Source: Camelus dromedarius
Taxonomy: Eukaryota
Direction: 5' to 3'
Assembly (NCBI RefSeq): GCF_036321535.1
Contig: NC_087438.1
Coordinates: 3,536,001-3,600,000 of the forward strand
DNA length: 64,000 nt
A model generated the notes under the pieces. It made no database searches. It was not told where the DNA came from and was given only the letters and a program-made list of their open reading frames with translations. A program made the translations under genes and the position numbers. Below, piece after piece: positions 26,601-36,821 of the stretch; positions within the stretch are counted from its first letter, which is position 1; every line of letters begins with the position of its first letter.

Positions 26601-27805
26601 AAAAAACAGAACAAAGCAGGACAGGTATGGCCGCTGGTTCGCAGAGGAACGCACCTGGTTCTGCTCACGGGGCCCTCGGACATCCTCACAGAAGCCGGCA
26701 TGGATTTTGACTCTTTCATGAGCCGAAATCAAGACGTCTCCCCAGGGCTCTGCCCGTGAAGCAAAACAGACACTTGGCACTTCCAGAAGCCGCGGGAGCC
26801 ATCTGTGTTCAGGACGATTTCCTAATGATGTGCGTGCGGCTAAAAGGAGGGCAGAGAATGGACCGGCACAGCTTAAACAGCTGAAGCGGGTAGAGGCAGA
26901 GGGCTTAACACGGGAGTGTGAAAAGCCTGGGAGAAGCCAGGACGCCTTCGCAGCCCCGGTGTGGACAGACCAGTTACCTTGTAGGAGGCCGCAGGGTTGA
27001 CAGAGCAAATGTGAGAAGTGGGAGGAAACATAAAAACACCAGGAAAGCAACAGGAGCCTTCAAGTGCAGACTCATCTGCAAAGCCGGTGGCTCAGAGGAG
27101 TGTGCGTTATTTACACGGTTTAACGTGAAACTGAAAAAAACACACCACTAATCTTGTTGACACTGAAAAATGAAGCCTTTCCACGGCTGATGTGGAACAA
27201 TTCCTACACACCCAGCAGTTCTGTTGATGTGAGTAAAACTTTGCATTACGGTTGTTTAATAATTTTCTTAGAAATATGAGAGAGTCTGTTCATGAGGAAC
27301 GCTTGGTATAAAATAGTTCCAGGCTTCCACAAACGGAGGTAAGTAAACCCACCAGGGCACAGCTCAGCCTAAAGGCGCCGGGGGCTGGTGCGTCAGGGCT
27401 GCCGAGACCCCTGGGGTGGGGTCACTTCCATTCCCGCCCAGGAAGTGTCACCGGGTTCCCTCTCCTTCCCCCACTGCCTCATTTCTCTCTAGAACTTTCA
27501 CAAGGGTCCAAAAGCGGGCTCCAGAATGATTTAGGTCACAGATCCCTTTGAGAACTCGAGAGAAAGTGCTCGTCATTTTGCTCGGAAATCTTGGAGGAAT
27601 GACTCACCTGGAACTGGTCCGACTCAGGAGGTGTGTCTCCTAGAGCACGGGACCCAATCCTCTGTGCCTTTATTTCCTTATTCAGATATTCGTATGCACG
27701 TTCTGTACTGTGAAATATCAGACGCTGAAAATACGTTCACAAAGTCTTTGCAGCATGAGAAAAATGTGTGTTGTAAACGTGGAATTGTAAAAATGCTGAA
27801 TTTAA

Positions 27806-27929
27806 GGGGGAGTGGTGGGTATAGCTCAGTGGCAGAGTGTGGTGTGTGACTAGCATGCACGTGGTCCTGGGTTCAATCCCCAGTACTTCAATTAAAAAAA
27901 TGAAAAAAATAAAATTAAAAAAAAACTAA
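27806..27929 (+). mobile_element. tRNA-Ala-derived SINE (camelid Vic-1-like) with perfect 17-bp TSD
   Basis: A box TAGCTCAGTGG 27822-27832, B box GGTTCAATCCC 27870-27880, A-rich tail, TSD aaaaatgctgaatttaa at 27789-27805 and 27930-27946. Confidence 0.9.
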
Positions 27930-29049
27930 AAAAATGCTGAATTTAAAAGTTTCATATACTGTCTGCCTTCAGTCATGTTAAAAATATATATTTACACACA
28001 CACACATGCACACGCACCCCCACATCACACAGAGAAAGCACCCAAATCAGAGGTGAGGCGTTAATTCCGGATCTTTATCCCTGGGAGGGGTGACGAGCAG
28101 CTTCTGCCCCCCTCGTCAGGTCTCTCCCGGTGGAACTTGGCGCATGCACTCCGGACCTCACAGAACCTCTCCTGTCGGTGCGGCGTCTCCGAGAGGCTCT
28201 GGAAAGACCCCCGGCCAAGCTTTCTGGCCGCTGCTTTGGCGCCTCAGCCGGAGTGTGACTGTCGGGGCATCAAGTCAGGGAAAAGGATGGAGATCACCAA
28301 GCCAAAGGGGCACCACTGGGCATCTTCACAGACTCTTAGTTTTATCTGAATGATCAGGGGACAATCCTGTTGCATCAGCTCAGACTCAGAGATGCTGTGG
28401 AACAGAAGGCAGGGCATTCCCGCCCGGGAACCCGAGCTCCTCACAGACTCGGCCGGGGGGGCCTCCCGACAGCTCCCCATGCCCTGCTGTCCCTCCATGT
28501 CCCATCACGCCGACAGCTGGACACTGGGCGGTGGGGACCCGTTGCTGGCGCAGGCTGTGGGGGCGGGAGGTCTCTGCACTGTCTGAAGGGGGGAGACCGC
28601 TGCTCCACCTTCTCCTTGGGGATGATTTTCCACACCCACCAACGCAGAGCGCCTTGGGCCTCGTTTCCCATAGAATTTTCAGTTTTTGCTTGAATGCCCT
28701 GAACAGGGAGACCACACCAATGTGCGTGAAAATAATCACGTTCTCTTAGAGTCCAAATGGCCGTGTCCTGGAAGGGCCCAAGGCCCTCCAGCCAAAAGGG
28801 GCCTCCTTCCGGGACCACGTCTTCCCCTCCCGGCTCTCCCCAACCTGATGGGCCCTACTCCCCCTGCGCCCTCAGCCCTCCTGTGGGGGAACTTGTGCAG
28901 AGCCAGCCGAGGGCTACGCAGACACACTCAGGCTTATCTGAGAGCAAACGGTGATGTCAGGCTGAACTGGACCCCACCACCACCACCTCCATCACCTGCC
29001 CACATGCTGGTCGACAAGGAATGCGTTTATAACCAGGGGAAAGAAAGGT

Positions 29050-29620
29050 TGCTTTAAGAGACGTTCTCAAGCATCAACAGCTGCTAACAAATTGAAGATA
29101 AGGTGACCAGACGTTATGAGCCTCCTACTGGAAGCCATCACTTTCGAAGTTGTCACAAAAAACAAAAACCTGAATCTGACAAACCCTTTGGGTCCAAACA
29201 CTAAGTTACAGGAAGTGCAGAGGACAAAGGAGCGTGTTAAGCGACAGCACAGAGATGTAACTTGTGAAGTCCTGAAATCAGCAAAACAGGCCGTGGAGAC
29301 GCAGTCAGGGGTTGGTTTTTCCATGACAAATAAACAGCGGAAGAATAAAGACGTTGATGATGCAGTTGGGAGTGGAACATCGGATACTGAACGATAACGG
29401 ATGATCGTTAAGGTGTTGACGCCATGATGGCATTGTAGTTCTGCTGAAAAACCACAGAATCTTTATCTCCTAGAGGTGTGTACTGAAATATTAACATGTC
29501 TAGAATTTGCTTCAAAATACTGAAGGGATGGGAGGGTCATGAACTGATAGTTTTTGAATACAGGTGGATGGGGACTGGGAGGTCCTTTATTTTTGTCTAT
29601 GTTTGAAATTTTCCCTTTAG
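29050..29620 (+). mobile_element. Ancient L1 (L1MC/ME-type) 3' UTR fragment
   Basis: tactgaaatattaacatgtctagaatttgcttcaaaatac...tttttgtctatgtttgaaattttcc, a typical L1MC 3' terminus. Confidence 0.6.
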
Positions 29621-29895
29621 GAAAAAGAGGGGAGACAGACACACTGGGTTGAGGGGAGTTACTTCCAATGACAGATGACCCTGAAAGCCAGGGGAGGGGA
29701 CACATGACAATCAGGAATGCTAATCAGAGGCTTGAGAAGCAGCAGGGGCCGGGGAGGCCTCTGGGACCCTGGAAATAACTGTAGACAGTAAGTGGGATAT
29801 GATGCTGGCCAATGCCCATCGCCCCCAACAGATGTGGCCCTCCGCTCCGGGGAGGTGGCATTATCCCTCACCAGAGGTCTCTCTGTCCCCCCCAG

Positions 29896-30097
29896 TTGGT
29901 CCGTGGGGAACTGGAGCGCCTGCAACCGGACATGTGGCGGGGGCACGCAGAGCCGTCCCGTCCAGTGCACGCGGCGGGCACACTACAAATCGGAGCGGGT
30001 GTCGGCCAGCCTGTGTCCTCAGCCCATGCCCTCCAGCCGCCAGGCCTGCCACACTCAGAGCTGCCCACCCGCGTGGAGCACTGGGCCCTGGGCTGAG
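29896..30097 (+). CDS. ADAMTS16: ADAMTS16 coding exon (probably exon 19 by human numbering), TSP type-1 repeat
   Basis: Acceptor ctctgtccccccccAG ends at 29895 and donor GAG|gtaacc starts at 30098. 202 nt, phase-2 start. Translates WSVGNWSACNRTCGGGTQSRPVQCTRRAHYKSERVSASLCPQPMPSSRQACHTQSCPPAWSTGPWAE, recognisable as the ADAMTS16 C-terminal TSR array. Confidence 0.96.
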
Positions 30098-30230
30098 GTA
30101 ACCGGGGCAGGGCTGGCGTGGGGGTGGGAGCCGGGCTCCCCCTGCGGATTCGCACTGGGCCTTGTGGGGCCCGTGGCCTGGGACCCCGAGCCTGATCTGA
30201 TCCACGCCTGGCTGATCTCTCCCTGCGCAG

Positions 30231-30425
30231 TGCTCACGAACCTGCGGGAAGGGGTGGAGGAAGAGGTCCGTGGCCTGTAAGAGCACCAGCGCCTCGGCCA
30301 GGGCGCAGCTGCTGCCCGACGCCGTCTGCGCCTCGGAGCCCAAGCCCAGGATGCACGAGGCCTGTCTGCTCAGGCGCTGCCACAAGCACAAGAAGCTGCA
30401 GTGGCTTGTGTCCGCCTGGTCCCAG
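30231..30425 (+). CDS. ADAMTS16: ADAMTS16 coding exon (probably exon 20), TSP type-1 repeat
   Basis: Acceptor ctctccctgcgcAG, donor CAG|gtgggt, 195 nt, phase 0-0. Translates CSRTCGKGWRKRSVACKSTSASARAQLLPDAVCASEPKPRMHEACLLRRCHKHKKLQWLVSAWSQ. Confidence 0.96.
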
Positions 30426-30529
30426 GTGGGTGCACTGGCCCCCGGTAGGGTGACTGGTCCCAGGTTGGTGCACTGGCCCCAGGTAGGGTGACTGGTCCCA
30501 GGTGGGTGCACTGGTCCCAGGTAGGTGCT
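30416..30529 (+). repeat. 6 x 19-bp minisatellite spanning the ADAMTS16 exon/intron junction
   Basis: Units start at 30416, 30435, 30454, 30473, 30492 and 30511; consensus ctggYcccAGgtRggtgca, with alternating unit types. Confidence 0.93.
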
Positions 30530-31220
30530 CTGATTGGGACTGTCATTAAAAGCCGTCTTTCTATGTGTATCCCCGGAGCTGAATCCTTAGGAAGGAAGCA
30601 ACCTGGGCTGCGTAGCATCTGGGAGGTGCCCAGATAGAAAGTCCTTGCCCTGAGTATTTAACACATGCGCACACGCACACACCTCAGTGCTTCTCTCTAG
30701 CTGCAGCCCCAGCCCGAGAGCCGTCCACAAGGCACACCCGAAGCCAAATCTGAGCATGCGTGTGAGGCCAGTCCTGGGCAGGTGTTGCCCCCAGCAACCT
30801 GAAGACATCTCAGCCCAAGGCAGCCAGGCCGGGCCCCGGGACCTTCCCGGGACCTTCCCCGGGACCTCCGAGCCCGCCTGGTGGCCCAACAGTGTCCTTG
30901 GGTGTTAGATTTCATGGCATTCTAATATCAGGTACAGCCCAACATTTTAACTTCCAGCGGAGTGGCAGCTCCGGAATGACCCCTTCACAGTTTCTGATCG
31001 CCCTGCCTCAGCTCACGCCCCAGCACGAGGCCGCTGTGACCTTGAGGTCTGCCTTTTTTAGGGCAGAGACTGTAACGCCTTTTTAAAATGCCCAGGTCCC
31101 ACTTAGCAGAATTTGGAATGCCACTGAATGTTCATATAAATGTTCCAGCAGATAGAATCGGGCAGCATTTTGACTCAACCATTTTGTAGAGATCACTCAC
31201 ATCTTTGCTTGTCTTTTTAG

Positions 31221-31445
31221 TGCTCTGTTACGTGTGAAAGAGGAACACAGACAAGATTCTTAAAGTGTGTTGAGAAGTACGTTTCTGGGAAGTACCGAGA
31301 GCTGGCCTCAAAGAAGTGCTTGCACCTGCCGCAGCCCAACCTGCAGCTGGAACGCGTCTGCGCCCCGTTTCCCTGCCCCAAGCACCCCCTGTTGGCTGCC
31401 GCAGGCCCCCCGAGGGCCAGCTGGTTTGCCTCGCCCTGGTCTCAG
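31221..31445 (+). CDS. ADAMTS16: ADAMTS16 coding exon (probably exon 21), TSP type-1 repeat
   Basis: Acceptor ctttgcttgtctttttAG, donor CAG|gtaggg, 225 nt, phase 0-0. Translates CSVTCERGTQTRFLKCVEKYVSGKYRELASKKCLHLPQPNLQLERVCAPFPCPKHPLLAAAGPPRASWFASPWSQ. Confidence 0.96.
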
Positions 31446-32759
31446 GTAGGGGGGCTGCAAGGCCTGGCAGGGGGGGAGGACGGAGCCGCTGCTCAGCGCT
31501 TCAGGTTCCAATGGGAGTGGGGTCCACGTGCTGGGGGGCAGCAGGTGGTTAACTTCCTCCCCACACTGCCCTCTGGGCTGCTCCTGCTCCTCTTGTCTTC
31601 AAACTGGACACAGCTTTTTAGTTTAGAAATATACGACTCCTTCCCCAGGTGGCATTTAAATTAGAAATTGTTATTTAAGGTATTGGAGCAGGGGACATTG
31701 ACATTGCAATTACATCCTTTTCAAGCGTTTGCTACTTTAAGTAGATCAAAAAGTATCACTGGCGACACTGTTTGCCCTTCGGTTTCCTTCCGGGTGCAGA
31801 GAGCAGGCTTTCCAGCAAGAGGAGGGGGCAGACGACCCAGAAGCTGGGCTGAGTTGTTTCCAGGGCAGAAGCTTCCCTTTCTCCGTTTCCTGAGAAGTGT
31901 GGACCTGAGACAGATAGAGGTGGTCCCGGAGACCACTGTCCCCCTGCCAACGGGGAGACTGAGGCTTCTGGAACTGAATCAGGCCAGGGTTCATCCCCCT
32001 CTACTCAATTCAGAGACTTAAGGCAAGTCTAGAAAAGAAAAACCAGGTTTACCATTACTTCATTTAAACCAAAACCTAAAGCTCCTAAAAATACATCTCA
32101 CATAGCTTTCATCAGCCTGAAATAGTCCAGCTGTCTGTCTGGCAAGTCATTTTTATCCTAAGCTGCTTGAAGATCTTATCCAACGGGACTCGTCCGTTAT
32201 GTTCCGAGTCCGTAACTTTGGGGAGTAGTAACTCAAAGGCGATGTTTGTCAGGAACTCTTGTACCCACGGCTCTGTGCCCTCCAGCTGTGGGAAATTGTG
32301 GGGCAGACACGCACGGCCAGTGCCTGACTCAGCTTTGCCCCAGACGGGTTATTCCGGTAATAACGGGAAGACGGCAGGCTCTGTTATTGGACCCGCAGCC
32401 TTCCTGGGGTCTCAGTGGCCCTGCTCGTCCCCACGGTGGTGCACAGTTCATGGTGCGTCGCCCGGCAGGACCCACTTCACTCACCTGGGTCGTTCAGGCT
32501 TAGCGTCACGGGCTCACGTTCTAACTTGGTCTTGGAAAGTCCTAAGTTTGAACGCCTGCTGGACTATCTGACTCTACGTGACAGAGACCCAGTGTTCCTC
32601 AGGGCTGGTGGGAGGGGTTCCTGCCTTGCTCCGGGGTCCTCACCAGGCCCGAGCACACGTTGACCTGGGGACCCGTGGGCTCTGAGAGTCAAGGAGCCAT
32701 GTCATAGCCAATCAGCAGGGTTTTCTTCCTCAGCAACTACGGCTGCGATGCTGTATCGA

Positions 32760-32856
32760 ACACACGTGTGCACACGCACAGACCCACACATACAGGCGTG
32801 CACATGGACACACGCACGGACACACACAGACGGACACACAGATTCGTGCAGAACAC
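32760..32856. repeat. Degenerate (CA)-rich simple repeat
   Basis: acacacgtgtgcacacgcacagacccacacatacaggcgtgcacatggacacacgcacggacacacacag. Confidence 0.7.
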
Positions 32857-33087
32857 ATGGAGACTAGAGCAGGCTTGGTCTGGGTGATTGCGGTCAGTCC
32901 ATCACAGACCTGCACCCTTGATCCAGCCTCTAATAATGTGCCCTCATCCTCTTCTAATTATGAGGGTGCCCGGAAATAAAAAGCCGTCTGGTTGACGTCG
33001 ATGGATTAAGGTCGCCGTACGTGCTGCCTGCGTTGGAGGGAGTCTGAATCTGGGACCAATTGAATTTGTACAAAAATTCATTGCATA

Positions 33088-33600
33088 ATTTATTTTTTTA
33101 AACAGCTTTATTTTGATGTAACTACTGTTCAGTAAACTACACATATTTCAGAGGTTCAGTTGGATGAATTCTGATAAATGTCTACACCAATGGAAACACC
33201 ACAGTCAAGATACCTAACATTTCAATCCCTCCCCAGGAGGTGCCAATTTCGATTTCCCAATTTGTCCCTCCCTGCCCTTTTGTCCTTGCTAACCATAAGT
33301 TTGTTCTCTGTGTCTGTGACTCTGTTTCTGTTTTACAAAAAAGTGCATTGTGTCTTTTTCTTAGATTCCACATGTAAGTGATATCATATGGATTTGTCTT
33401 TCTCTTTCTGGCTTACTTCATTTGGAACAATGGTCTCCAAGTCCATCCATGTTGCTGCATATGGCATTATATAATTTTTTTATGGCTGAGTAGTATTCCA
33501 TTGTGTAGATACATATATATCCAGTCATCCTTATCCAGTCATCTGTCAATGGACTTGTGGGTTGTCTCCATGTCTTGGCCATTGTACACAGTGCACAGTG
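33088..33600 (-). mobile_element. Composite L1: old L1M 3' end (~33088-33235) abutting a younger L1 3' UTR piece (~33250-33600)
   Basis: First part reads tttttttaaacagctttattttgatgtaac. Second part ttagattccacatgtaagtgatatcatatgg is nearly identical to 20378-20410. Confidence 0.8.
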
Positions 33601-34507
33601 CCATTTATGTTTAGAGCAGAAGTCGTAAGGGATACAGCCATTGAGGTCTGTGTTATCCCATCCTAAGCTGAGTAGACGTTTCGTCTCTGGGACAAGTTAC
33701 AGTGGCTGAAATTCCAGACTTAAAGACGCACCACCGAGGTCCACAGAAGGTGATAAATAAAGGGAGAGACTCGTGGAGCTCTTATCTTTAAGCAAGCCTT
33801 TAGCTGACCCCCTCCCCCGTGCACCAGGGTATCCACAGTGCCATCGGGTGCTTGTGTACATTCTTAACATTCTTGAGCCAGCAGCCTTGTTGGGGCACAA
33901 TTGCCCTGATTCAGCCTAGACCCTGAGTAGCTTTCTTTGGGGGCAGATGAATTGCTGTGGGTTTGGGTCCCTCCAGGTTTCTTGCCCTCAGGGGACCTCA
34001 CAGGGGCCCTCTGCTGTGGTCTGTGAGGTGCGCACCTGGCCAGTTGGTGAGAGGGGGTCTGACTGGGCTCCGTGCCTCAGTGTGTGGGGGCCTCAGCCTC
34101 AGGAAACAGCGCTCCCTAGAGGGTGTGAATGAGCCGGGCAAGTGGCCACCTCCAGGCACCCGGGGTCCCTGCACGTGGGGTCAGAAAGGGCTTAGTGTCA
34201 ACATGTCTCTGCGGGACTCGGCCTGTCCAGCTTTCCCAGTCTGGGCGCCGGAAAGCCTGGCTTGGTGATGGCATTCCACGATTCCAGACCCACAGCCTGT
34301 ATCCCCAGATATGTGTCACTTTTGGGGTCCATCCGACCCTTGATGACTCAAAAACACTCAGTGTCCATACCTGGGATTAATCCAGAATCTGGTCAGCACC
34401 CCACAATCGCAGGGAGAGGCCCCCTTGAGTGGTGGAGAGGGCAGCTTGGAGGCGAGGGGTGGCCAGAGGCCGAGGGGGCCCGGGGTGACCGTCGCTTGTT
34501 TCCGCAG

Positions 34508-34655
34508 TGCACGGCCAGCTGTGGGGGCGGCGCGCAGACGAGGTCCGTGCGGTGCCTGGCGGGCGGCCGGCCGGCCTCGGGCTGCCCCATGCACCAGAAG
34601 CCCGCGGCCTCCCAGGCCTGCAGCACTCACTTCTGCCCCATCGCAGAGAAGAGAG
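34508..34655 (+). CDS. ADAMTS16: ADAMTS16 penultimate coding exon (probably exon 22), last TSP type-1 repeat
   Basis: Acceptor cgcttgtttccgcAG, donor AG|gtgagt, 148 nt, phase 0-1. Translates CTASCGGGAQTRSVRCLAGGRPASGCPMHQKPAASQACSTHFCPIAEKR. Confidence 0.96.
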
Positions 34656-35379
34656 GTGAGTGTCAGCTTGCCCTTGGCGTTTTGGGTGGGGCTGTCACGT
34701 TTCTGAGGCGGTTCTTAAGGGGGCTGTGCAGAGAGGTGCCCACTGGCCAGAGGGTCTCGTGTCCGCTACCCTGGACCCCTCTTCATCTCCTCCAGTTTTC
34801 CCCCAAAGTGGCCCACAGAGCAGACCCCTCGCGTCTCACGCCTCCCCACACACGGCACGGGAGGCTGTGAGGTCGGTCTGGCTTTAGGAAGGCATGGCTG
34901 CCGTTGCAGGGCAGTGCTGCCCACGCCCACTCCACTCAGAGAGGGCAGTCTGAAGCAGAGCAGCCTTTGCCCAAGTTCGTTCTTGGGGTGCTCTCTAAGC
35001 GCCGTCCCTGTGCACATGCCCTCAGTGCCTGGGCTGTTTGCAGGGACCAGGCCTGTCTGCCTGTCAAGGTTTCTGGAAGAGAAAATGGAGCTGGAGGAGC
35101 GTGAGTGGTCGGGCTCCATCAGGGACGCGACAGTTGGAGTCCAGGCCACAGAGGGCCGTTGTCTCGGGCGGAGGGTGGTTACGTGGGTGGGTTTAGCGCA
35201 AGAAGGAGACAGTGTCAGCTTTGCAGGGGCCTTCCAAGAAGGGTCCTGTGAAGTCAGCACGACGCCCCAGCCCCCCGTCGGCAGCTTCAGGGAGATGACG
35301 GGTATACCTCGCTCTGCCCGAGTCACTAGCCGGGGCGGCAGACACGGGAAGGGGACTGACGGGGGCTGCTGGCTTTCAG

Positions 35380-35495
35380 GTGCCTTCTGCGAGGACCGCT
35401 TCCCCTGGTGCTCCCTGGTGCCCCAGCACGGGGTGTGCAGCCACCACTTCTACAGCCAGCAGTGCTGCAGGACCTGCTCCCGATCCAACCTGTGA
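35380..35495 (+). CDS. ADAMTS16: ADAMTS16 terminal coding exon (probably exon 23), PLAC domain and stop codon
   Basis: Acceptor ggctttcAG with branch-point-like ACTGAC at 35355-35360. Phase 1 matches the previous exon. Translates GAFCEDRFPWCSLVPQHGVCSHHFYSQQCCRTCSRSNL* with the six-cysteine PLAC pattern; TGA at 35493-35495. Confidence 0.95.
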
Positions 35496-36520
35496 GCCGC
35501 GTCAGCTGCTTCCCGGGAACGGGAGCTACCGTCTCCAGCACCAGCGAGGCAGATGGAAGCCGGAGGGAGGAAAACCGTGTTGCGGGCTCTTCGACATGAC
35601 CGCGTGTGCATGTGTGTGTGACTGGTGTGTGCGAGCGCATCCCTAGGTGCACACAGATATGCTCTCGGGGAGGGGGAGCTGTGAAGCCGGGCCTCGGGTG
35701 CCCTGCCCAGCAGGCCGCTGCACACCCAACGTGCTGCCCCTGGCCGGGCGGAGCCTCGTCTAAGAAGGCAGGCCCAGAAGGGAGGAAGAAGAACTGAACA
35801 TCTGACCCCCCACTGCGGATGCCCGCTGCCCGCCTCCCCCTACCTGGAGGCCCCTTCCCACCTGGAGGCGGGATGAGCTCCAGGCTCCAACCCAGACCCT
35901 TTCTCTGCATGGGACCCGGGGCCCCGACCAGACTGGGTGTCGCTCTGGGGGGCGCCAGCCCAGCCGGGGGAGCTGGGCTCCGTCCCGAGTGGGGAGCTCG
36001 CCTCTGGACTCCCTGCTGCGGTGCTCTGTCCCTTTCAGCCTCATGTGCTGGAGGAGAGAATTTTCATATTTTATGTTTTATCTTTCTCAGTTATTTACAA
36101 GTGAGTGTTCCAATTTAAACCCATTTCTTAATGCTTCTCTGTTTCAAATGTCAGAATTACAGGTGGTGCCAGAATCAGAGACTTACCGGTTACAGCAAAG
36201 CCCTGCGGACCGACTGAGGGCTCGTGGACGGTCCCAGTCGGGCAGGCGTCAAGTGATGACCTGGGAGCCCGGGTTTTGTGTTTGTATGTCGCGGGGTTTT
36301 TAAAAAATTTTCTTCTGTAAATTTAGGTTGTTTCTGTAACACCCATTCAGAAGGAAGGCTGGCGATTTCCCAAGGGCAGGCTGCACGCGGGCCTCCGACA
36401 TTCTCCCGCCAGCGTGCACGTGGCCGTGGTCTTTCCTGTGCTGTGATCTCCACGCCAAACGGCGCCTGGATATTTATATTTGCTGAAGTTTTATAATAAA
36501 TTTTATACTGGGCAGCGTGC
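35496..36520 (+). other. ADAMTS16: ADAMTS16 3' UTR (end approximate)
   Basis: Lies between the stop codon and the first downstream AATAAA; U-rich blocks at ~36056-36150 and ~36290-36340. Confidence 0.7.
36495..36500 (+). terminator. ADAMTS16: Polyadenylation signal AATAAA
   Basis: AATAAA in an AT-rich island (tttatatt...ttttataataaattttata) within otherwise GC-rich sequence, ~1 kb after the stop codon. Confidence 0.75.
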
Positions 36521-36821
36521 TTCTGAATGGCTCATGATTCTTCACTAGGTTGGCTCTGAGATCCGAGGGCTGGCATGGACAGTGGGGAACCGGCCTCACA
36601 GAGGGAGAGATCCGGGTAGAAAGAGCTGGAACAGGCGTGAGGAGGAGTGGCTCTGAGGGCAGAGGCTTGGGGAAGACGGCTGGCGAGCGGGGCGGTGGCG
36701 GCCAGTGAAGGGTGGGCGGGGCCACCGGGCCACGGAGTTTTCTGCAGTTTCCCCTGCAGTCCGGGGGGAGCAGGTGCAGCCCTGATGAATTAAAAGGCGG
36801 CCTTGAGCCTGCGATCCCTGC

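Larger units (their letters stand above)
1..29895 (+). other. ADAMTS16: Long ADAMTS16 intron (upstream exon outside the window)
   Basis: No ADAMTS-like exon found upstream of 29896. The region is repeat-rich and the first exon starts in phase 2. Confidence 0.7.

Noticed and set aside
27806..27890. Possible tRNA-Ala gene
   Set aside because: Insertions disrupt the cloverleaf, and it has an A-rich tail and a 17-bp TSD, so it is a SINE.
29792..30280. 162-aa ORF as a stand-alone gene (likewise 34262-34870 and 34914-35495)
   Set aside because: Only the GT-AG-bounded portions match ADAMTS16; the flanks are intron read-through.
29861..30511. 216-aa antisense ORF over the exons
   Set aside because: Shadow ORF caused by the high GC3 of the sense exons; no recognisable homology.
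30416..30529. CRISPR-like repeat array
   Set aside because: Units are contiguous with no unique spacers, the context is a mammalian intron, and there are no cas genes.
30836..30868. Three copies of ccgggacctYc
   Set aside because: Short slippage repeat in mid-intron with no evident function.
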